Source: Candidatus Hydrogenedentota bacterium (lineage in GTDB: Bacteria > Hydrogenedentota > Hydrogenedentia > Hydrogenedentales > SLHB01). From it: a stretch of DNA of 64,000 nucleotides. Under the pieces are notes generated by a model. That model saw nothing but the letters and a program-made list of their open reading frames with translations. It was not told where the DNA came from and made no database searches. The position numbers and the translations under genes are program-made. This document shows positions 19,235 to 29,975 of the stretch, in pieces. Positions within the stretch are counted from its first letter, which is position 1. Each line of letters begins with the position of its first letter. Where the stretch lies: contig CAVUWV010000009.1 in assembly GCA_963745075.1 (NCBI GenBank), positions 224,001 through 288,000 of the forward strand, written 5' to 3'.

Positions 19235-19407
19235 CCGAAGAACATCCCCCTTGATCCCCCTTCAAAGGGGGAAGCGTGCTCAGGCGCGTTTGTTGGTGCT
19301 TGCTTCACCCGACGCGTCGAATCGAAATTTTCGGTTGCCTTTAGCACAACGCAAAGCGTTGTGCCCAATTCCCCCTTTGAAGGGGGATCAAGGGGGATGT
19401 TCTTCGG
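19235..19407. repeat. Palindromic REP/MITE-like element, copy 2 (same family as 8552-8717)
   Basis: Perfect 39-bp IR 19235-19273/19369-19407; internal GCACAACGCAAAGCGTTGTGC hairpin; between purL and purQ. Confidence 0.9.
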
Positions 19408-19476
19408 TCTAATGCGAACAACCGAGTGCAAATTGAGTGCTCCCGTTGGGCTTGTGCGGCTTCTTGACGTCGTCCG

Positions 19477-22471
19477 CTACCAGCGGAGCGGCCGCTGCCA
19501 CGCCTCTTTCAGATCCGCCAGCGAAACTTCATCTTCAAAATCGTCATGCCCTTTCACGCGAAAGAGCGTTTCCGGGATTACCACGCCCAGCCGCGCGTGG
19601 GGGAGACCGTGCAAGGTCGCCTCGAACGCCGCCGCATGCTTGCGCGGAATGGTCACCACGAACCGGCTCTGCGACTCACTGAACAGGGCCACCACGTTGC
19701 TCTCGACGCCCACGGACTCCAGGTCTATCTGCATACCGAACCCGCCTGCAAACGCCGATTCCGCCAGCGCAACACCCAGCCCACCATCCGAGCAATCATG
19801 GCAGGACGCGACCAATCCATCGCCGATTGCCTTGGACAGTGCCGTGTACAACGCGCGGGCTCTCTTCGCATCGACGGTCGGAACGGTCTCGCCGAGTTGA
19901 CTCCGCAGTGCAAGAAACTCGCTGCCGCCCATTTCGTTCTTCGTTTCGCCGACGACGTAGACGAGGTCGCCCGGGGTCTTGACGTCCATCGACACGACTT
20001 TGCTCACATCGCGCAGGATCGCGGCCGCTGTGAACAGCACTGTCGGCGGAATCGAAATCTTCGTATCGCCGATCTTGTAATCGTTCTTCATGCTGTCTTT
20101 GCCGCTGATCAACGGGATATCGTACGCGGTGCATACGTCGTACAGCGCCTGGCAACAGCGCACGAGTTGCGCGAGCTTGTGCTCGCCGTCCGGCGTCTTT
20201 TCGCTCTTCACGGGATCGGGCCAGCAGAAATTGTCCAGACCCGCGATCGTGCCCAGCTCCGCGCCCACCGCGACCAGATTGCGCACGGCTTCGTCTATCG
20301 CGCAGGCCATCATCGCGTAGGTGTCGATATCGCTGTATTTCGGTGTGATTCCGCAGGCGACCGCGATGCCTTTGTTCGATCCCGGCACCGGCCGAATAAC
20401 GCCCGCGTCGCCGGGTCCGTCGTGGTCAATCCCCTGGAACTGTTTCAACACACTCTGCGCCAGCACCTCGTGGTCGTACATGCGCACGAAGGTTTCCTTG
20501 CTGCACACGTTCAACGACCCGAGGACCGCTTTCAAGTCCGCAATGAGATCGCTGTCTTCAATGATTACTTCCGGTTCGAGCGCCGGCGGATTCCAGACCG
20601 CCTTGAGGTGCATCTTGGGAACGCCGTCATGCAAGAACGCCATGTCGAGCGCGCCAATCAGCTTGCCCTCGTAATGACATTCCAGGCGGCCGCTGTCGGT
20701 GAACGTGCCCAGGACCGTCGCTTCCACTTCGCGCCGCCGCGACAAGATCGAGAAACGCATCGATCTTCTCTGGCGGCACGGATAACGTCATGCGTTCCTG
20801 CGCTTCGGAAAGGAAAATCTCCCACGGCGCAAGACCGGGGTACTTTAATGGGGCGAGATCGAGATGAATCTCCGCGCCACCCGGTTCTCGCGCCATTTCA
20901 CCGACGCTCGACGACAAACCGCCCGCGCCGTCATCGGTGATGCAAGTGAACAACCCAAGATCGCGGGCCTCGATCAGGAAGTCCGCCATCTTCTTTTGCG
21001 TAATCGCGTCGCCGATCTGCACCGCCGTGGCGGGGGAACCTTCGTGCAATTCTTCCGACGAAAACGTCGCGCCATGGATCCCGTCCTTGCCGATTCGTCC
21101 GCCGCACATGACGATGTGGTCGCCGGGCAGCGCGGCTTTCTCGTGACTGGGTCTTCCCGCAACCTTCGTTGGAATCAGCCCGCCCGTGCCGCAAAAGACC
21201 AGTGGCTTGCCCAGGAATCGCTCGTGAAATACGATGGCGCCGTTCACGTCGGGAATGCCACTCTGGTTGCCGCCGTCTTTGACGCCTTGGTGTACCCCGC
21301 GCAATACGCGGCGCGGATGCATTAAGCGCGGCGGAATCTCGCCATCGTAATAGGGCGACGCGAAACAAAACACATCTGTATTGAATATGCATCGGCAACC
21401 GAGACCCGCGCCGAGCACGTCCCGGTTGACGCCTACGATTCCCGTGATGGCGCCGCCGTAGGGATCCAGCGCGGACGGACTATTGTGGGTCTCCGCTTTC
21501 AGCGCGAAGTTCCATTCCTTGTCGAACTTGATGATCCCCGCGTTGTCATGAAAGACGCTGACCAACCAATCGACGCGCTTGCCGACCTCGTCGGTTGTCG
21601 CCTTGACGAAAGTCTTGAACAGACTGTCGACAGTCCGCGTGGAACCGTCCGCGTCGACGAACTCGATCGCCGCATTAAAAATCTTATGTTTACAATGTTC
21701 CGACCAGGTTTGCGCGAGGATTTCCAATTCGATGTCGGTGGGCTGCCCAGGCAATCCGCTCGCCGAGCGTGCCTTCCGAATCTCGGGCGTGGCGTAGTAC
21801 GCCTGAATGGCCTTCAGTTCCGGAAGGTCGAGCGCCAGCATCCGGTCGCGGCTCAGTGCGAGCAGTTCGGCGTCGGAGAGATCGAGATTCACCGTTTCGA
21901 CCTCGACGGAACTCCGGTCCGTCACGATCGGAAGTCCCAGCAGCGATTCGCCGGACAGCGTCGCCATCTCGTCCCGCGACTTGACGACCCATCGTTGAAT
22001 CAGCTCGTTCGCAAGCAGGTCCTTTGCAATGCGTTCACAAACACCGTGCGACACATCGCCGTTGATAGCGTAAAGCGTGGACTTGTACACCGCTTCGCCG
22101 GGGTTCAAGGGACGTCCCAACGTATCCGCGATGCCTTCCATGGAACTCTTGCCGACATTGTCCGTCACGCCGGGGCGGAATCCCACCTCAATGACAAAAT
22201 CGAAATCATGCGCCAGCGATCCGTTCGCCGCCGACTCCTGGATAATGGGGTCCGTGAATAATTCCGCGCGGATCTTTTCCAATTCTTCGTCGGTCAGGTC
22301 CGCCTGAATCGTATAGACGTCGACGACACGGACATGGTCCACTTCGATATCGAGGTCCTCGGCCAACTGCGCACGCACGCCTTCACCTGTCGGGTCCGGC
22401 AGACCGTTCCGAATACCCACCTCGATGCGGTGGGCAACATCGACTGCGGGGACGCTACTCGACTGTGGCAT
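19477..22471 (-). CDS. purL: FGAM synthase PurL with N-terminal PurS-like extension (one +1 frameshift near 20744)
   Basis: [30 protein letters not shown] in ORF 20627-22471; YDHEV, LDNFCWP, ISGKDS, FSESQSR in ORF 19477-20760. Confidence 0.93.
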
Positions 22472-23525
22472 AGTGAATGCTCCCCGTGTACCGTACGCGC
22501 CTTTCCCCTTCCACGACCCGCCCGATTACCGTGCCGTCGCTGCCCGCCTGACTCAACGTCCGCAGCGTCTTTTCTTCATCTTCCGGGCCGACAACGACAA
22601 GGAAACCCATCCCCATATTGAACGTGCGGAGCATTTCCCTGTCTTCGACTTCGCCGCGCTCCTGCAGGTAACGGAACACCGGTAGCGCTTCCCATGCGTC
22701 CAGGTTAATCTCAGCGCCCATCGTCTTCGGAAGCGATCGGGGAAGATTGTCGGTAATGCCGCCGCCCGTCACGTGGGCCATGCCCTTCACGTTCACGATC
22801 TTCATGAGGATTCGGATCAGTGTCGCGTAGCTCTTGTGCGGTTCCAACAGCGCTTCGCCCACGGTTCGCCCCACACCCGGCATCGCGTCATCGCAAGTCA
22901 GGCCCGCGACTTCGAAGCATATCTTTCGTGCGAGGCTATACCCATTCGTATGAAGGCCCGTGGACTTCAATCCGATGATGACGTCGCCGGGCGCAATTTG
23001 GCCGCCGTCCACGATCCGTTTCCGGTCCACGATCCCGATGATGGTCCCCGAGATGTCGTATTCGCCCTCGTAATACATCCCGGGCATCTCCGCGGTCTCG
23101 CCGCCGATCAGCGCGCAGCCCGCGTAGCGGCAACCCGCAGTCAATCCGCGTATGACGGCCACCACCACGTCCGGTTCAAGCGCGCCGAAGGCCAGGTAGT
23201 CGAGAAAAAACAGTGGCCGCGCACCCTGGACCAGAATGTCGTTGACGCAATGGGACACCAGGTCGATCCCAATCGTGTCGTGCTTGCCCGTCATGAACGC
23301 GAGCTTGAGCTTCGTGCCCACACCGTCGACGCTCGATACGAGAACCGGGTCTTCCATCCCCTTCATGTCGAGGCTGTACATGGCCCCAAAGGTGCCGATA
23401 TCGCAAATGACCCGGTCGTCGAACGTCTTGTTGACCAAGTCTTTGATCTGCCGGACCGCCTCGTCGGCCGCGTCGATGTTCACGCCCGCGTCGCGGTAAC
23501 TCAGCCCCTTCTTCTCAATTGTCAT
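22455..23525 (-). CDS. purM: Phosphoribosylformylglycinamidine cyclo-ligase (AIR synthase)
   Basis: [45 protein letters not shown]. Confidence 0.96.
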   Translation of the reverse strand: MTIEKKGLSYRDAGVNIDAADEAVRQIKDLVNKTFDDRVICDIGTFGAMYSLDMKGMEDPVLVSSVDGVGTKLKLAFMTGKHDTIGIDLVSHCVNDILVQGARPLFFLDYLAFGALEPDVVVAVIRGLTAGCRYAGCALIGGETAEMPGMYYEGEYDISGTIIGIVDRKRIVDGGQIAPGDVIIGLKSTGLHTNGYSLARKICFEVAGLTCDDAMPGVGRTVGEALLEPHKSYATLIRILMKIVNVKGMAHVTGGGITDNLPRSLPKTMGAEINLDAWEALPVFRYLQERGEVEDREMLRTFNMGMGFLVVVGPEDEEKTLRTLSQAGSDGTVIGRVVEGERRVRYTGSIHYATVE

Positions 23526-23611
23526 GGTGTGCTCCACAAAATTTCGGTTGGTGATGGCTCCACGATACGCCATGGAATGCAGATTAGACAAATGAAATGT
23601 TATGATTAATT

Positions 23612-23630
23612 CGATAAGAAAAACTTATCG
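23612..23630. promoter_or_regulatory. LysR-type T-N11-A operator
   Basis: CGATAAG-AAAAA-CTTATCG; T23615-N11-A23627; between divergent purM and the LysR gene. Confidence 0.75.
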
Positions 23631-23640
23631 GAGACAAGTC

Positions 23641-24499
23641 ATGACATTGGAATCCTTGCGCCAATTCCGTGCTTTGGTCGATTCCGGAAACTTCCGTCTC
23701 GCGGCAGAACGAGTCCATCGTTCGCAACCTGCCGTGAGTCATCAACTTAAGTCGCTTGAACGAGAGTTGGGCCACACCCTCGTCGACCGGAAAACCTGTC
23801 GACCAACGCCGGTGGGGCAACAACTCTACGAACGGGCATGCCAAGTCTTGTCCGACGTTCGATTCGCTTCGCCAGGAGATGAACGACTTCGACGAAACTC
23901 GCGTGCGGGAACTCCGGCTTGGCACCAGCGACACGACCGCGCTGTACGTGCTCCCTCCGGTAATTCGGCAATTTGCCGACACCATGCCGCACGCGCGCCT
24001 CGTCATCGTGAACCGGCCTACCGAAGCCATCGCGGATCACGTGGCCCGGGGAGAGCTGGATTTGGGCATTGTAACCTTGCCCACGGGTCACGAAAGTCTG
24101 GAAGCACGCGAACTTTTTCGCCAGAAACTCGTGTTGGTCCTGCCGGCCGGTCATGCACTCCAGAGTCGGCGTCGCGTCAATTTGTCTCAATTGCGGAACG
24201 AGCAGTTCTTGCTGCTTGACGCGAACACGCGGACGGGTACCCTATTGCGGGACCACTTCCACCACATCGGCTTCGAACCCCAAGTGGTGCTGGATACCGG
24301 CAGTTTTGAAGTCATCAAGCGGTACGTCGCCGAAGGGGTCGGGGTCTCCTTCTTGCCGAGAATCGTCATAACGCCGCAGGACAAATCGCTTCGGATCGTC
24401 CAAGTCCCGGGCTTGCCGGAAGTAGCGATCGGCGTCGTGCGCCGGAAAGGCGCATATCGAACCGTCGCTGAGGAAGCCTTCCTCCAATACTGGAAGTGA
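23641..24499 (+). CDS. LysR-family regulator (one +1 frameshift near 23858)
   Basis: HTH AAERVHRSQPAVSHQLKSLERELG in the first frame; substrate-binding domain (LRLGTS, GELDLGI, VAEGVGVSFLP) in ORF 23756-24499. Confidence 0.9.
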
Positions 24500-24678
24500 T
24501 TTTTCCGGAATCCCCGCCCCGGTTTTCGTGTTCTTCAGAACTGAGGGTTCGGTGTCCGGTTGTGCTGGCGCGAATGCAATCTGAAATTCTCCCGTGGTAC
24601 CATGCCGTGCTGCATTGCCGCGATGGCTAAGCCGGGGCCAATACGCAAGACTGAAAACAGGGAGTTTACGGTACCTTG

Positions 24679-25723
24679 ATGAATCCCCGCATCATTCTCG
24701 CGGCCTCGGTGATGGCGTTATCGGGCATCGGATTTGCGCAGGGACCGCCACCCGCCGCCGTCACCGTCACCAACGTTGCGGAAGGCCGTCTCACGCCGAC
24801 GGCTGTGCGCAATGGCACGGTGTTTTTCAAAGAGATATCCAACCTGGCCACGGAAGTCAACGGTATTGTGAAGGAAGTCCTGTTCGAGGAAGGACAACAT
24901 CTCAACGCGGGTGCGCCCATGGTGCGGCTGGACCACGTGCTGCTCGACGCCGAGTTGGAGGCCGCCAAGGCCCAGGTGCAGCAATACGAAGCAGAACTGG
25001 AACAGGAGAAGACCCGCCTCGAACGCGCCAAGAGTCTGCTGAAAGACGAAGTGACCACACCGCAGGAATACGATGACATTCGATTCACGGTCCAGTCCTA
25101 CGATCGGCGTGTCGAAGCGGCCAAGGCCGACGCAACACGCCTTGAACGGCAGATCGCGAAGAAGACCATTTATGCACCCTTTGACGGCGTCGTCGTGGAT
25201 CGCATGAGCGAGCTTGGGGAGTGGAAGCGTGAAGGCGACACCGTGGCCGTATTCGCCCGCGACGACCTCTTCGACGTCATGGTGAATTTGCCCGAGGCGG
25301 ACCTCCGGTGGGTAAGCCCGGGTCTTGACGTTCGACATGCAGATCGCCGACAAGACCATTACCGGCACGGTCGTCACGATCGTTCCGCGCGGCGACGTCG
25401 GCACTCGCCAGTTCCCCGTGAAAATCCGAGTTTCGGATGTAGATTGGTTGCTCGAGTCCATGTCCGCGGATGTGCGAATGCCGATTGGAGAAGATACGAC
25501 CTGCACCATGGTGCCCCGGGACGCCGTCATGTTAGACGGCAACGCGAATGTTGTATTCGTCGTGCAGGACGGCGCGGCCGTGGAGATCCCGGTGAAGATC
25601 CTGGGCTACGACAAACTCCGGGCCGGGGTTCAGGCCGAGAAGCTTTCGCCAGGCATGCACGTGATTACCAAGGGTCAGGAACGGCTGCGCAACGGCCAGC
25701 CGGTCACCGTGGTTCAGCCGTAG
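24679..25723 (+). CDS. RND efflux periplasmic adaptor (one +1 frameshift near 25326)
   Basis: EVNGIVKEVLFEEG lipoyl half, coiled coil, IYAPFDG; C-part TRQFPVK...VPRDAV...GQERLRNG in ORF 25325-25723. Confidence 0.9.
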
Positions 25724-25756
25724 CGACAAGAGGTTAACGCCCGAGCGTTGGAACTC

Positions 25757-28700
25757 ATGGACATCATTCGATTCTCAATTCAAAACCCCGTGACCGTTAT
25801 TGTCGGTGTGATTCTAATCGCACTGTTCGGCCTCATCTCGCTGCAAAAAATCCCCATCCAACTCAGCCCGAACGTCGAGCGACCGGTTATCACCGTGTCC
25901 ACGGTCTGGCCCGGCGCGACGCCGTACGAAATCGAGCGCGACATCGTCGAAGAGCAGGAGAAGGTCCTCAAAGGGATCCCGAATCTGTACGAACTCGAGA
26001 GCGACTCCTACAACGGCCGCAGCGAAATTACGCTGCGCTTCGATATCGGCACCGACATCGACAACGCCCTCCTTCGGGTTTCCAACAAGCTGTCCGAGGT
26101 GCCGGAATATCCGGAGAACGTCGACAAACCCGTCTTGAATGCATCGGGAGCGCGCACGTCACCCGTCATGTGGATGGTGCTGAAAACCCGCGAAGGCAAT
26201 ACGCGCGACCCCTATTCCTACCGGACCTATCTCGAAAACGAAGTCCGCCAATACATCGAACGCGTCGACGGCGTCGCAGACCTGTTTATCGGCGGCGGTG
26301 TCGAAACCGAAATGCATGTCAGAGTGAGCCCGGAGAAGCTCGCCTCCTACGGACTCACCATCGACGCTGTCGCCAATGCGCTTCGAAACGGGAACGCGAA
26401 TGTCTCCGCGGGGAACCTTGACGTTGGACGCCGCGACTATCGCGTGCGCACGGTGGCCGAATACCGTTCCACGAAAGATATCGAAAATGTGGTCGTCGTG
26501 TCGGACGGCGAACGCGAAGTGAGCGTGGGGGACCTTGCGACGGTCGAGTTTGGCTTCGAACGCCTTGATACGCCCATGATCAGCAACGGCAAACGCGGTA
26601 TCGCCGTCGGCGTGCGGCCCGAACCCAACGCGAATGTCCTCGAACTGACCGATAACGTCGAAAAGGTCATGAATGAACTCAACGAGGGGAAGCTGAAGAG
26701 GGCAGACGTCTACCTCGATCTCGTCAACGAACAGCGCCCCTACATTCGCGGGGCTATCGCCCTGTTGAAACAAAACATCCTAATCGGCGGCATTTTGGCC
26801 GTCGTCGTGTTGCTGCTCTTTCTACGGAGCATTACGCCGACCATCGTTGTATCAACATCCATTCCCATCAGCATCATCGGCACCTTCATTTTGATGCGCG
26901 CGGCCGGCAGTACCCTGAACGTGGTCAGCCTCGCCGGCATCGCCTTCGCCGTCGGGATGTTGGTCGACAACGCCATCGTCGTGCTCGAAAACATCGACCG
27001 CCATCGCAAGATGGGGAAAACTCCCCTGGATGCCGCGTACGACGGGGCGCGCGAGGTATGGGGCGCCGTGTTGGCATCCTCGCTGACGACTGTTGCCGTG
27101 TTCCTGCCCGTCGTGTTCCTGGCGGATGAAGCCGGCCAATTGTTCAAAGATATTGCCATCGCCGTGTCCTGCGCGGTGACGTTGAGTCTGATTGTATCCG
27201 TCACCGTGATCCCGATGTTTTCCAAGAAGCTCTACGCGATCCAAATCGGGAAGGGAAAGAACAACCTCGACGCGAAACCGGGCATTCTGAGCCGGTTGGG
27301 CGTGGCATCGAGTGGCGCGTTCATGGGACTGCTGGGGCTCGTCATGCGCAACCGGTTTACCCGCGTCGTCACGATCGTCCTTCTCGCGGGCGGCGCCGCG
27401 GGAATCGCGTACCTCATGCTTCCCAAGATGGAGTACCTGCCGCAGGGCAACCGGGATCTCATCATCAACATCCTCATTCCCCCGCCGGGATTATCCTTCG
27501 AAGAGCGGCAGAAAATCGGCGAAGATCTGTTCGCGTTCTTGACGCCGTACTACGAACCGGACTACGAGGGATATCCCGGCATTCGCAACGCCTTCTACGT
27601 CGGGCGTCAGCAATCCCTGATCCTCGGCGTCGTCAGCGCGAACCAACAACGCACGCCCGAATTGATTCCATTATGCCGGAAAGCATTGTCCGGCATTCCC
27701 GGCATTTTTGCCATCACCAATCAGGCCGGCATTTTCCAAAGTGGACTCGGCGAAGGCCGGACCATCACTGTAGACATCAGCGGCGGCAGCGTCGACGAAT
27801 TGGTCGGGGTCGGCGGCGCCATGTTCGGCATGATCCGCGAACGGATTCCCGACGTGCAGGTCCGGCCGATCCCGTCGTTGGACCTGCTGTTCCCGGAGGC
27901 CAATTTTGTCCCCGATCGGGAACGGCTGCGCACGGTCGGCATGACGGCGCGTGAGTTTGGCGTGGGTTTGGACGTTCTGATGGACGGCCGCGACATCGGC
28001 GATTTCAAGCAGGAAGGCGAAAAGAAGATCGATCTTATCGTCAAAACCGCCAACACCCAGATTGGCACGCCGGAAGAACTCTACAACGCCTTGATGGTGA
28101 CGCCGCAAGGGGATTCGGTGCCCGTGTCGTCGCTTGCAACCCTCGAAAAGACCAACGGCCTCACGGAAATCCGCCATCTGGAACGCGATCGCACCGTCTC
28201 GCTCCAAGTGACTCCACCCTATTCGATCACCATTCAAGAGGCGATGGAGATTATCGACAACGAAATCGTTCCCGCTTTGCGCGAAAAGGGCATGTTGGAA
28301 AACGTCGACATCGGCATGAGCGGAACGGCGGATCGATTGACCGAAACGCGGAAAGCTCTCCAGTGGAACTTCGTTCTCGCCGCGGCAATCATCTATCTGC
28401 TCATGTCGGCCCTGTTCGGGAACTTCATATACCCCTTCGTCATCATGTTTACGATCCCACTGGCCAGCGCGGGCGGACTCATCGGATTAAAACTTGTCAA
28501 CACGTTTATTGCACCGCAGCAGCTCGATATCTTGACCATGCTGGGATTCGTTATCCTGATCGGCGTCGTCGTCAACAATGCCATCCTGATCGTGTATCAA
28601 TCCCTCAACAACATCCGCGTCGACGGCATGGACTACAAAGATGCCATCATGGAGGCGACGAAGACTCGCCTGCGCCCCATTTACATGAGCGCATCGACCA

Positions 28701-28927
28701 GCATCTTCGGAATGTTGCCCCTGGTCCTCTGGCCGGGACCCGGCTCCGAGTTGTACCGTGGCCTCGGGAGCGTCGTGCTCGGCGGTCTGGCCCTGTCCAC
28801 CGTCTTCACCGTGTTCTTGATTCCGCCGCTGCTGATGTTCTTCATCGGCTGGGAAAAACGACCGGAAAAAGCGCAGCAGGAATTGCCTTTGAAGGCCGAG
28901 CCGGCCCCGTCCGGCGCCGCGAACTAG
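25757..28927 (+). CDS. RND efflux permease (AcrB/AcrD/AcrF family)
   Basis: About 1056 aa; GMLVDNAIVVLENI, GVVVNNAIL, TRLRPI motifs; multi-TM pattern. Confidence 0.95.
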   Translation: MDIIRFSIQNPVTVIVGVILIALFGLISLQKIPIQLSPNVERPVITVSTVWPGATPYEIERDIVEEQEKVLKGIPNLYELESDSYNGRSEITLRFDIGTDIDNALLRVSNKLSEVPEYPENVDKPVLNASGARTSPVMWMVLKTREGNTRDPYSYRTYLENEVRQYIERVDGVADLFIGGGVETEMHVRVSPEKLASYGLTIDAVANALRNGNANVSAGNLDVGRRDYRVRTVAEYRSTKDIENVVVVSDGEREVSVGDLATVEFGFERLDTPMISNGKRGIAVGVRPEPNANVLELTDNVEKVMNELNEGKLKRADVYLDLVNEQRPYIRGAIALLKQNILIGGILAVVVLLLFLRSITPTIVVSTSIPISIIGTFILMRAAGSTLNVVSLAGIAFAVGMLVDNAIVVLENIDRHRKMGKTPLDAAYDGAREVWGAVLASSLTTVAVFLPVVFLADEAGQLFKDIAIAVSCAVTLSLIVSVTVIPMFSKKLYAIQIGKGKNNLDAKPGILSRLGVASSGAFMGLLGLVMRNRFTRVVTIVLLAGGAAGIAYLMLPKMEYLPQGNRDLIINILIPPPGLSFEERQKIGEDLFAFLTPYYEPDYEGYPGIRNAFYVGRQQSLILGVVSANQQRTPELIPLCRKALSGIPGIFAITNQAGIFQSGLGEGRTITVDISGGSVDELVGVGGAMFGMIRERIPDVQVRPIPSLDLLFPEANFVPDRERLRTVGMTAREFGVGLDVLMDGRDIGDFKQEGEKKIDLIVKTANTQIGTPEELYNALMVTPQGDSVPVSSLATLEKTNGLTEIRHLERDRTVSLQVTPPYSITIQEAMEIIDNEIVPALREKGMLENVDIGMSGTADRLTETRKALQWNFVLAAAIIYLLMSALFGNFIYPFVIMFTIPLASAGGLIGLKLVNTFIAPQQLDILTMLGFVILIGVVVNNAILIVYQSLNNIRVDGMDYKDAIMEATKTRLRPIYMSASTSIFGMLPLVLWPGPGSELYRGLGSVVLGGLALSTVFTVFLIPPLLMFFIGWEKRPEKAQQELPLKAEPAPSGAAN

Positions 28928-28980
28928 GTTCAGCGACGCGGGACGCGAATTCTTTCGATCGTAGTCGGCGAGAAACAAGA

Positions 28981-29003
28981 AGGGCGGGATTGAATCCCGC
29001 CCT
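28981..29003. terminator. Hairpin between convergent genes
   Basis: AGGGCGGGAT-TGA-ATCCCGCCCT perfect 10-bp stem; no clear U-tract. Confidence 0.5.
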
Positions 29004-29036
29004 GATACGGTTCGAACCGATTTCGCCGCTAAAATA

Positions 29037-29846
29037 TCACTTCTGTTCTCCGCCTCCGCCGTTGTCCAGATACTGGATCAGCTTCTCGGGATAATTCGTC
29101 TGGATGCCGTCGGAACCCCAAGCGATAGCGTCTTTCCAGCAGGAAGGATCGCTCTCGTCCACGATGACGATCGCGCCCGCATCGTGACAGGTCTTCACAA
29201 ACGACGGCGAATAGTAGCGCCATACGGAGGCAATCACCCGCGGCTTGGCCACTTCGATAAGTTTCGCCAAAAACTTCTCGGGTCCCGGATCCGGCATTTC
29301 AACACATTCCGGACAGGTCTCCTTCATCCGTTTCAGTTCGTCAACGTCCGCGTACCAGATGACGTTGTGCTCCATGTCGTGCGCCATGATGGCTTTCGCC
29401 AACGGCTCGACCGGGGCGTTCTTCAGATCGAGATAGATACCGATCTTGCCCGCACACAGGTCCAGAATCTCGTCGAAGGTGGGGATTTTCGTCCCCTTCC
29501 ATTCCGGACCGATCCGGCTGCCGATATCCAGCGCGCGCAGTTCGTCGAGCGTCATGTCGGCCACCTTGCCCGTGTGTCCGGGTGCATAGGAATCAATGGA
29601 ATCGTTGTGACAGGACACAAACTTGCCGTCTTTCGTCGTGCGCACGTCGATTTCGACAAAATCCGCGCCGAGGTCGATGGCTTTCTGATACGCCGCGAGC
29701 GTATTCTCCGGAATTCCCTGATGGGCGCCCCGGTGGGCCACAACGTATACGCCGCCATGTTTGGGCGGGGGAAGCGGAAGATCCGCCGCACACGCCACAA
29801 CGACCGCCAGCCAAGCAACAACCGTCACTACGAGATATTTACGCAT
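29037..29846 (-). CDS. Glycerophosphodiester phosphodiesterase
   Basis: VAHRGA..IPENTL, VEIDVRTTKDG, IPTFDEIL, DGIQTNYP; signal peptide. Confidence 0.92.
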   Translation of the reverse strand: MRKYLVVTVVAWLAVVVACAADLPLPPPKHGGVYVVAHRGAHQGIPENTLAAYQKAIDLGADFVEIDVRTTKDGKFVSCHNDSIDSYAPGHTGKVADMTLDELRALDIGSRIGPEWKGTKIPTFDEILDLCAGKIGIYLDLKNAPVEPLAKAIMAHDMEHNVIWYADVDELKRMKETCPECVEMPDPGPEKFLAKLIEVAKPRVIASVWRYYSPSFVKTCHDAGAIVIVDESDPSCWKDAIAWGSDGIQTNYPEKLIQYLDNGGGGEQK

Positions 29847-29975
29847 CACCACCTCCGAGAAATTGGCGGCCTTCGACCGCAATAGTCAAACGGAAAAGAT
29901 ACCTACCGCAATTGGCGCGTTCAATCAGATTGGAAGACAAGCCGCTCTCGCGCGATACCCGCGACAGGGGAATCG

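Noticed and set aside
19153..19431. ORFs containing SPFEGGSRG / IPLDPPSKG
   Set aside because: Translations of the palindromic element arms
20627..20760. purL as two genes or programmed frameshift
   Set aside because: A single-base removal restores a continuous PurL; no slippery site; the same defect type occurs in four unrelated genes
23526..23640. Purine or ZTP riboswitch before purM
   Set aside because: Gap is short and AT-rich and lacks the conserved aptamer motifs
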